Source: Bilabrum cf. latius | Lineage: Eukaryota | NCBI GenBank assembly: GCA_965178125.1 | Contig: OZ237767.1 | Location: 788,522 to 808,521 of the forward strand | Direction: 5' to 3' | DNA length: 20,000 bases | Shown here: positions 8,645 through 18,086 of the stretch, piece after piece | How positions within the stretch are numbered: the stretch's first letter is position 1 | Layout of the letters: the number at the start of each line of letters is the position of its first letter | Program-made: the position numbers and the translations under genes | Notes under the pieces: generated by a model | What the model was told of the DNA's origin: nothing | Seen by the model: the letters and a program-made list of their open reading frames with translations, nothing else | The model's database searches: none

Positions 8645-9976
8645 ATGTTTGCGAGCACGAATCAGCTAGAATCGGCTATACTAGAATACTTTGATGGCCG
8701 CTCCTGCAGGGCTGCAGTGAAGTCTCTGGAATCCGCAGGTTGGGCACGAAATGTGAGACAAACGAGCAGTTGCAGTTTTGAGATATGACCATTGGGCATG
8801 CAGGTGCGTTTTCCGAATACTAAGTTAGCATCGCTGGCTTGTGTTATTTTCTGTATGTTGCAGGTGCACCAGGGCTCCCTACGGGAGCGTGCCAAACAAT
8901 TGCTGGGGTCATCAAGGCTATCCCAGCGACCAGGTAGCGAGCAGCTCGACACAGGAAGCCGGTCATCCTCAGATTCCAGCTCAGATTCTAACTCAAGCTC
9001 TGACAGTGACAGTGGTACCGACAGTGATAGTGACAGGGATGACGCTAGCGAAAATCAGAGTGTGCCCATAGCTGCTGCCGTTGCTGCCGCTTCGGGAGAG
9101 GTCAAGGTACAGGTAGTCCCTCAAGATGGAGCCGACGCAGACGACGAGTCTTCATCTTCCAGTGACAGTGACAGTGATAGTGATAGTGATAGTGATAGTG
9201 ATAGTGATAGTGATAGTGACAGTGATAGTGATAGTGATAGTGATGGGGGCGCCAAGGCTGGTGCCGCCGATGAGACTTCACAGAAGCAAGCCAGCGGCAG
9301 TGCTGGCAGCAGCAGCAGTGACAGTAGCAGCAGCAGCAGTGACAGTAGCAGCAGCAGTGACAGCAGCAGCAGCAGTGACAGCAGCAGCAGCAGTGACAGC
9401 GATTCCTCGTCAGAATCTAGCGACGATGAGAAGGAGAAGGACGAGGAGAAGGACGAGGAGGAGGCGCGGGCAGGGCTGGGACAGAAACGGCCGCGACCGA
9501 CCTACGGGTCAGATGAAGCAGGAGGGGCCGAGCTTAAGTTCATGCAGAAACCTGATGAGGAGCTCGAAGACGGTCACGTGGCCAAGCGAGGGAGGACTGA
9601 AGCAGCACCCACCACGCCGGGCGCTCCCCCAGTGGAGTCCGAGTTCTACAATGCTGGAATTGCAGGGTACGGCATCGGTTCGGCTGCTCCTCGCCCCAAT
9701 GGCAGAGTGAGTGATGGGAAGCGCAAGGCTTTTTGCCGCATCAACGTGGAGGAGGAAGCCGCCAAGCTGCAGGGCGCCGACCATCGGATCAGGGACAACA
9801 GCTATGCTGGCACATTTGGCGACAAGGGCTGGGGTGCTCGAGCTAGTCAGGCAATGATGCGGGTGCGTGGCAAGGATTTCAGGCATGAAAAGACGAAGCG
9901 CAAGCGGGGTGGATATCGCGGGGGTCGTATCGACCCGATGGCAGTGACGTCATACATCTTCGAGGACAGTGACTGA
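8645..9976 (+). CDS. Nopp140/SRP40-like nucleolar phosphoprotein (N-terminal LisH-like helix, Ser/Asp tracts, SRP40_C domain); exons 8645-8752 and 8864-9976, ~406 aa
   Basis: The C-terminus WGARASQAMMRVRGKDFRHEKTKRKRGGYRGGRID...SYIFEDSD is the SRP40_C signature. Long SD/SS tracts are present. Exon 1 MFASTNQLESAILEYFDGRSCRAAVKSL is LisH-like. Ends TGA; no internal TAG. Confidence 0.9.
8753..8863 (+). other. Spliceosomal intron (111 nt) in the Nopp140/SRP40-like gene
   Basis: Donor AAT|GTGAGA, T-rich tract and TTGCAG acceptor; the phase-0 join keeps the frame. Confidence 0.65.
9161..9400 (+). repeat. (AGTGAY)n and (AGC)n coding microsatellites (Ser-Asp and poly-Ser tracts)
   Basis: Read directly; typical low-complexity acidic-serine tracts of the Nopp140 family. 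Confidence 0.9.
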
Positions 9977-10228
9977 TAGACAGTTGCAGCGTTTACGTTT
10001 GTCGGGCAAGCTTCGTTAATCCACTAACCCTGTAACTATTCGACATTCCAATCAAAGCATTCGCTGCCCGAATCGCCCCCCGGGGAGTCAATCCTGTAGC
10101 TCAAGTGGCGCTTGGAGGTCAGGTGTGCAGCTCTGGCTGCCGTTGAGGGTGGGAACCCTATCTAATCCTGTGAGCGGAAGGGACCTGTCGGTAACAGATG
10201 TCAGGCGGGCAGCTATACCTAACCCTAG

Positions 10229-10792
10229 CCAGCACCATGGCCTCATCCACGGCCCTCTCCACCCATCCACTGCCCGCCCCACCAGCACCATGGCCTCATC
10301 CACGGCCCTCTCCACCCATCCACTGCCCGCCCCACCAGCACCATGGCCTCATCCACGGCCCTCTCCACCCATCCACTGCCCGCCCCACCAGCACCATGGC
10401 CTCATCCACGGCCCTCTCCACCCATCCACTGCCCGCCCTACCAGCACCATGGCCTCATCCACGGCCCTCTCCACCCATCCACTGCCCGCCCCACCAGCAC
10501 CATGGCCTCATCCACGGCCCTCTCCACCCATCCACTGCCCGCCCCACCAGCACCATGGCCTCATCCACGGCCCTCTCCACCCATCCACTGCCCGCCCCAC
10601 CAGCACCATGGCCTCATCCACGGCCCTCTCCACCCATCCACTGCCCGCCCCACCAGCACCATGGCCTCATCCACGGCCCTCTCCACCCATCCACTGCCCG
10701 CCCCACCAGCACCATGGCCTCATCCACGGCCCTCTCCACCCATCCACTGCCCGCCCCACCAGCACCATGGCCTCATCCACGGCCCTCTCCAC
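10229..10792. repeat. 53-bp C-rich subtelomeric minisatellite, ~10.6 near-identical copies
   Basis: Unit CCAGCACCATGGCCTCATCCACGGCCCTCTCCACCCATCCACTGCCCGCCCCA recurs every 53 nt; one C>T variant near 10439. Confidence 0.95.
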
Positions 10793-11762
10793 TTAGGGGG
10801 TTTAGGGGTTAGGGTTAGGGTTAGGGTTAGGGTTAGGGTTAGGGTTAGGGTTAGGGTTAGGGTTAGGGTTAGGGTTAGGGTTAGGGTTAGGGTTAGGGTT
10901 AGGGTTAGGGTTAGGGTTAGGGTTAGGGTTAGGGTTAGGGTTAGGGTTAGGGTTAGGGTTAGGGTTAGGGTTAGGGTTAGGGTTAGGGTTAGGGTTAGGG
11001 TTAGGGTTAGGGTTAGGGTTAGGGTTAGGGTTAGGGTTAGGGTTAGGGTTAGGGTTAGGGTTAGGGTTAGGGTTAGGGTTAGGGTTAGGGTTAGGGTTAG
11101 GGTTAGGGTTAGGGTTAGGGTTAGGGTTAGGGTTAGGGTTAGGGTTAGGGTTAGGGTTAGGGTTAGGGTTAGGGTTAGGGTTAGGGTTAGGGTTAGGGTT
11201 AGGGTTAGGGTTAGGGTTAGGGTTAGGGTTAGGGTTAGGGTTAGGGTTAGGGTTAGGGTTAGGGTTAGGGTTAGGGTTAGGGTTAGGGTTAGGGTTAGGG
11301 TTAGGGTTAGGGTTAGGGTTAGGGTTAGGGTTAGGGTTAGGGTTAGGGTTAGGGTTAGGGTTAGGGTTAGGGTTAGGGTTAGGGTTAGGGTTAGGGTTAG
11401 GGTTAGGGTTAGGGTTAGGGTTAGGGTTAGGGTTAGGGTTAGGGTTAGGGTTAGGGTTAGGGTTAGGGTTAGGGTTAGGGTTAGGGTTAGGGTTAGGGTT
11501 AGGGTTAGGGTTAGGGTTAGGGTTAGGGTTAGGGTTAGGGTTAGGGTTAGGGTTAGGGTTAGGGTTAGGGTTAGGGTTAGGGTTAGGGTTAGGGTTAGGG
11601 TTAGGGTTAGGGTTAGGGTTAGGGTTAGGGTTAGGGTTAGGGTTAGGGTTAGGGTTAGGGTTAGGGTTAGGGTTAGGGTTAGGGTTAGGGTTAGGGTTAG
11701 GGTTAGGGTTAGGGTTAGGGTTAGGGTTAGGGTTAGGGTTAGGGTTAGGGTTAGGGTTAGGG
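10793..11762 (+). repeat. Telomeric (TTAGGG)n array, ~160 copies, G-strand pointing away from the genes
   Basis: Two variant proximal units (TTAGGGGG, TTTAGGGG), then perfect TTAGGG from 10809 to 11762. Confidence 0.98.
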
Positions 11763-11823
11763 TATCTAATATAAAGTCAGGGACAGGGTCGGGGAAAAAA
11801 AATTTTCATCTTCACTTTTTGTC

Positions 11824-13319
11824 GAAAAAATGCGCGCGACGATCTCGGCAACCAGATGAGATATGAGGACCGTTCAAACTGCATCGGGACGGCCTGGGGG
11901 TACAATGTGGGGCAAATGTTCCCCAGGTTCCGTTTTGACCGCGCGGCGACAATATGGCTGGACGAAGATTGTCATGCAGAAAAAATGCGCGCAACGATCT
12001 CGGCAACCAGATGAGATATGAAGACTGTTCAAACTGCATCGGGACGGCCTGGGGGTACAATGTTAGGCAAATGTTCCCCAGGTTCCGTTTATACCGCGCG
12101 GCGACAATATGGCTGGACGAAGATTGTCATGCAGAAAAAATGCGCGCGACGATCTCGGCAACCAGATGAGATATGAAGACCGTTCAAACTGCATCGGGAC
12201 GGCCTGGGACCACAACTGGGGGCAAATGTTCCCCAGGTTCCGTTTATACCGCGCGGCGACAATATGGCTGGACGAAGATTGTCATGCAGAAAAAATGCGC
12301 GCGGCGATCTCGGCAACCAGATGAGATATGAAGACCGTTCAAACTGCATCGGGACGGCCTGGGACCACAACTGGGGGCAAATGTTCCCCAGGTTCCGTTT
12401 ATTCCGCGCGGCGACAATATGGCTGGACGAAGATTGTCATGCAGAAAAAATGCGCGCGACGATCTCGGCAACCAGATGAGATATGAAGACCGTTCATACT
12501 GCATCGGGACGGCCTGGGGGTACAATGTGGGGCAAATGTTCCCCAGATTCCGTTTTGACCGCGCGGCGACAGTATGGGGGGACGAAGATTTTCAGGCAGA
12601 AAAAATGCGCGCGGCGATCTCGGCAACCACAGGAGATATGAAGACCGTTCAAACTGCATCGGGACGGCCTGGGACCACAACTGGGGGCAAATGTTCCCCA
12701 GGTTCCGTTTATACCGCGCGGCGACAATATGGCTGGACGAAGATTGTCATGCAGAAAAAATGCGCGCGGCGATCTCGGCAACCAGATGAGATATGAAGAC
12801 CGTTCAAACTGCATCGGGACGGCCTGGGACCACAACTGGGGGCAAATGTTCCCCAGGTTCCGTTTATTCCGCGCGGCGACAATATGGCTGGACGAAGATT
12901 GTCATGCAGAAAAAATGCGCGCGACGATCTCGGCAACCAGATGAGATATGAAGACCGTTCATACTGCATCGGGACGGCCTGGGGGTACAATGTGGGGCAA
13001 ATGTTCCCCAGATTCCGTTTTGACCGCGCGGCGACAGTATGGGGGGACGAAGATTTTCAGGCAGAAAAAATGCGCGCGGCGATCTCGGCAACCACAGGAG
13101 ATATGAAGACCGTTCAAACTGCATCGGGACGGCCTGGGACCACAACAGGGGGCAAATGTTCCCCAGGTTCCGTTTATACCGCGCGGCGACAGTATGGTGG
13201 GACGAAGATTGTCATGCAGAAAAAATGCGCGCGGCGATCTCGGCAACCAGATGAGATATGAAGACCGTTCAAACTGCATCGGGACGGCCTGGGACCACAA
13301 CTGGGGGCAAATGTTCCCC
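11824..13319. repeat. 155-bp satellite array A1 (~9.7 copies) with an internal 465-bp (3-mer) higher-order repeat
   Basis: Unit GAAAAAATGCGCGCRRCGATCTCGGCAACCAGATGAGATATGAAGACC... Spurious ORFs recur every 155 nt and are identical at 465-nt offsets (12244/12709, 12399/12864). Confidence 0.95.
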
Positions 13320-13616
13320 GTGATTCTATTACATCAAGCATTGCAAGTATGGGGTTTGCACACCTACATGGTTGGGTTTGCATACGTACATGGGTTCGGG
13401 TTAGGTAAGAGGTTTTCCTTAGGGGCGTTCATTAGCTGTAAATGAGATTTCTTGATTTCAGCCGTTCATTCGCACTTTGAGTCATCATCATGTGTCATGT
13501 GTGCGAAGTTTGGAGAATGGCTGGCACACAGCTCTCGAGCAATCGAGCAATACAAGTAAGTGCTCATCTGGTCGGCGCCACGCCCACAGTGACTGGGTGA
13601 CTGGCGATCTTCATTA

Positions 13617-14075
13617 ATGTCAGAAAACCAAGTACCGTAAATGATACAGTGCAATAATGCAAACTCATGAATCAGCAAATCGAATTTGCAACTCCCCCAC
13701 AAAGGGGCAAGGCTAGGAATAGGGTGTATGTCATATACCGGCGAGAGGAGGTTGGCCCCGAAAATTGGGTGGATTTTTTAATCATGTCAGAAAACCAAGT
13801 ACCGTAAATGATACAGTGCAATAATGCAAACTCATGAATCAGCAAATCAAATTTGCAACTCCCCCACAAAGGGGCAAGGCTAGGAATAGGGTGTATGTCA
13901 TATACCGGCGAGAGGAGGTTGGCCCCGAAAATTGGGTGGATTTTTTAATCATGTCAGAAAACCAAGTACCGTAAATGATACAGTGCAATAATGCAAACTC
14001 ATGAATCAGCAAATCGAATTTGCAACTCCCCCACAAAGGGGCAAGGCTAGGAATAGGGTGCATGTCACAGACCGG
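13617..14075. repeat. 167-bp AT-richer tandem repeat B1 (~2.7 copies)
   Basis: ATGTCAGAAAACCAAGTACCG starts at 13617, 13784 and 13951. Confidence 0.92.
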
Positions 14076-14358
14076 TAAGAGTGAGACTTGGTTGAAAATT
14101 ATGAAACTCCGAGTAATTCCAGGGAACAGAGGTGCGTAGACATCATGTGGAAGGTGTAAGGCATTGGACATATTTCCGGGCTGAGAAAACATGGATCAAA
14201 GATTCGGGCTAGCCCAAACATTTGCGCAAGTCCCGATAGCTCAGCAACCAGATGCGGCATGAGTGCGTTTGAATATGCATTCTATAAAAATGCCACGCCG
14301 GGCTACTTCGGCAATCCGAGATCACATATCCTGGAACACATGGATTTCATGGCTCTGA

Positions 14359-15851
14359 CTCTACCATTCGCCGTGATGCATGCTGGTGGTCAAACTGCGT
14401 CGCAGCACATGCCTGTGGGTCTGGAGCACCTCCATGATACAGTCCGAGGGCACAGTGAGGGCAGGAAGGGGTGTGAAATTCGACTCCGAGTTCGAAAAGT
14501 AACCGACGCGAAAGCAGTCGTGACCCGGCTATGACGAAGCCGCAGCCATCAACGACCAGTATCGGCTGAGATATGGACCATTAAACACCCAAATATGCCA
14601 CTTTCGTAACCCTAGCTATACGGAGAACGCCGATTTCTCGGCCCACAGACAGGATGTGCGTGCTATACGATGCGGGTTAGATAGGCCGGAGTCAGAACTA
14701 GTCGAGACGACGCGGGCACATGTTCGCTTGCAATCCGGAATCAGATAGGAGCAGGTAAACTGGTTCGGCTCTACCATTCGCCGTGATGCATGCTGGTGGT
14801 CAAACTGCGTCGCAGCACATGCCTGTGGGTCTGGAGCACCTCCATGATACAGTCCGAGGGCACAGTGAGGGCAGGAAGGGGTGTGAAATTCGACTCCGAG
14901 TTCGAAAAGTAATCGACGCGAAAGCAGTCGTGACCCGGCTATGACGAAGCCGCAGCCATCAACGACCAGTATCGGCTGAGATATGGACCATTAAACACCC
15001 AAATATGCCACTTTCGTAACCCTAGCTATACGGAGAACGCCGATTTCTCGGCCCACAGACAGGATGTGCGTGCTATACGATGCGGGTTAGATAGGCCGGA
15101 GTCGGAACTAGTCGAGACGACGCGGGCACATGTTCGCTTGCAATCCGGAATCAGATAGGAGCAGGTAAACTGGTTCGGCTCTACCATTCGCCGTGATGCA
15201 TGCTGGTGGCCAAACTGCGTCGCAGCACATGCCTGTGGGTCTGGAGCACCTCCATGATACAGTCCGAGGGCACAGTGAGGGCAGGAAGGGGTGTGAAATT
15301 CGACTCCGAGTTCGAAAAGTAACCGACGCGAAAGCAGTCGTGACCCGGCTATGACGAAGCCGCAGCCATCAACGACCAGTATCGGCTGAGATATGGACCA
15401 TTAAACACCCAAATATGCCACTTTCGTAACCCTAGCTATACGGAGAACGCCGATTTCTCGGCCCACAGACAGGATGTGCGTGCTATACGATGCGGGTTAG
15501 ATAGGCCGGAGTCGGAACTAGTCGAGACGACGCGGGCACATGTTCGCTTGCAATCCGGAATCAGATAGGAGCAGGTAAACTGGTTCGGCTCTACCATTCG
15601 CCGTGATGCATGCTGGTGGTCAAACTGCGTCGCAGCACATGCCTGTGGGTCTGGAGCACCTCCATGATACAGTCCGAGGGCACAGTGAGGGCAGGAAGGG
15701 GTGTGAAATTCGACTCCGAGTTCGAAAAGTAGCCGACGCGAAAGCAGTCGTGACCCGGCTATGACGAAGCCGCAGCCATCAACGACCAGTATCGGCTGAG
15801 ATATGGACCATTAAACACCCAAATATGCCACTTTCGTAACCCTAGCTATAC
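14359..15851. repeat. 410-bp tandem repeat C1 (~3.6 copies)
   Basis: CTACCATTCGCCGTG at 14361, 14771, 15181 and 15591; copies nearly identical. Confidence 0.93.
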
Positions 15852-16730
15852 GCAGAAAAAATGCGCGCGGCGATCTCGGCAACCAGATGAGATATGAAGA
15901 CCGTTCAAACTGCATCGGGACGGCCTGGGACCACAACAGGGGGCAAATGTTCCCCAGGTTCCGTTTTGACCGCGCGGCGATAATATGGTGGGACGAAGAT
16001 TGTCATGCAGAAAAAATGCGCGCGACGATCTCGGCAACCAGATGAGATATGAAGACCGTTCATACTGCATCGGGACGGCCTGGGACCACAACAGGGGGCA
16101 AATGTTCCCCAGGTTCCGTTTTGACCGCGCGGCGACAGTATGGGGGGACGAAGATTTTCAGGCAGAAAAAATGCGCGCGGCGATCTCGGCAACCAGATGA
16201 GATATGAAGACCGTTCATACTGCATTGGGACGGCCGGGGACCACAACTGGGGGCAAATGTTCCCCAGGTTCCATTTTGACCGCGCGGCGACAATATGGTG
16301 GGACGAAGATTTTCAGGCAGAAAAAATGCGCGCGGCGATCTCGGCAACCAGATGAGATATGAAGACCGTTCAAACTGCATTGGGACGGCCTGGGACCACA
16401 ACAGGGGGCAAATGTTCCCCAGGTTCCGTTTTGACCGCGCGGCGACAGTATGGGGGGATGAAGATTTTCAGGCAGAGAAAATGCGCGCGGCGATCTCGGC
16501 AACCAGATGAGATATGAAGACCGTTCATACTGCATTGGGACGGCCTGGGACCACAACTGGGGGCAAATGTTCCCCAGGTTCCGTTTATACCGCGCGGCGA
16601 CAATATGGCTGGACGAAGATTGTCAGGCAGAAAAAATGCGCGCGGCGATCTCGGCAACCAGATGAGATATGAAGACCGTTCAAACTGCATCGGGACGGCC
16701 GGGGACCACAACTGGGGGCAAATATTCCCC
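15852..16730. repeat. 155-bp satellite array A2 (~5.7 copies)
   Basis: Same unit as A1, and ends at the same phase (TTCCCC|GTGATTCT). Confidence 0.95.
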
Positions 16731-17027
16731 GTGATTCTATTACATCAAGCATTGCAAGTATGGGGTTTGCACACCTACATGGTTGGGTTTGCATACGTAC
16801 ATGGGTTCGGGTTAGGTAAGAGGTTTTCCTAAGGGGCGTTCATTAGCTGTAAATGAGATTTCTTGATTTCAGCCGTTCATTCGCACTTTGAGTCATCATC
16901 ATGTGTCATGTGTGCGAAGTTTGGAGAATGGCTGGCACACAGCTCTCGAGCAATCGAGCAATACAAGTAAGTGCTCATCTGGTCGGCGCCACGCCCACAG
17001 TGACTGGGTGACTGGCGATCTTCATTA

Positions 17028-17486
17028 ATGTCAGAAAACCAAGTACCGTAAATGATACAGTGCAATAATACAAACTCATGAATCAGCAAATCGAATTTGC
17101 AACTCCCCCACAGAGGGGCAAGGCTAGGAATAGGGTGTATGTCATATACCGGCGAGAGGAGGTTGGCCCCGAAAATTGGGTGGATTTTTTAATCATGTCA
17201 GAAAACCAAGTACCGTAAATGATACAGTGCAATAATGCAAACTCATGAATCAGCAAATCGAATTTGCAACTCCCCCACAGAGGGGCAAGGCTAGGAATAG
17301 GGTGTATGTCATATACCGGCGAGAGGAGCTTGGCCCCGAAAATTGGGTGGATTTTTTAATCATGTCAGAAAACCAAGTACCGTAAATGATACAGTGCAAT
17401 AATACAAACTCATGAATCAGCAAATCGAATTTGCAACTCCCCCACAAAGGGGCAAGGCTAGGAATAGGGTGCATGTCACAGACCGG
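17028..17486. repeat. 167-bp tandem repeat B2 (~2.7 copies)
   Basis: Copy of B1 at +3411 nt. Confidence 0.9.
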
Positions 17487-17769
17487 TAAGAGTGAGACTT
17501 GGTTGAAAATTATGAAACTCCGAGTAATTCCAGGGAACAGAGGTGCGTAGACATCATGTGGAAGGTGTAAGGCATTGGACATATTTCCGGGCTGAGAAAA
17601 CATGGATCAAAGATTCGGGCTAGCCCAAACATTTGCGCAAGCCGCGATAGCTCAGCACCCAGATGCGGCATGGGTGCGTTTGAATATGCATTCTATAAAA
17701 ATGCCACGCCGGGCTACTTCGGCAATCCGAGATCACATATCCTGGAACACATAGATCTCAGGTCTCTGA

Positions 17770-18086
17770 CTCTACCATTCGCCGTGACGCATGCTGGTGG
17801 TCAAACTGCGTCGCAGCACATGCCTGTGGGTCTGGAGCACCTCCATGATACAGTCCGAGGGCACAGTGAGGGCAGGAAGGGGTGTGAAATTCGACTCCGA
17901 GTTCGAAAAGTAGCCGACGCGAAAGCAGTCGTGACCCGGCTATGACGAAGCCGCAGCCATCAACGACCAGTATCGGCTGAGATATGGACCATTAAACACC
18001 CAAATATGCCACTTTCGTAACCCTAGCTATACGGAGAACGCCGATTTCTCGGCCCACAGACAGGATGTGCGTGCTATACGATGCGG
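17770..18086. repeat. Partial 410-bp unit C2
   Basis: Matches the C1 unit up to GATGCGG, then switches to the minisatellite. Confidence 0.88.

Noticed and set aside
10090-10160. tRNA-like sequence: A-box-like TAGCTCAAGTGG (10097-10108) and hairpin GCAG-CTCTGG-CTGC
   Set aside because: No canonical T-loop GTTCRA, no 7-nt anticodon loop with a 5-bp stem and no acceptor stem; not a supportable tRNA or suppressor tRNA.
10125-11866. Long ORFs (223, 204 and 507 aa; poly-VR)
   Set aside because: Translations of the 53-bp minisatellite and telomere repeats.
11812-17945. Many 70-125 aa ORFs in the satellites
   Set aside because: They recur at the repeat period, the units (155, 167, 410) are not multiples of 3, and no domains are recognisable.
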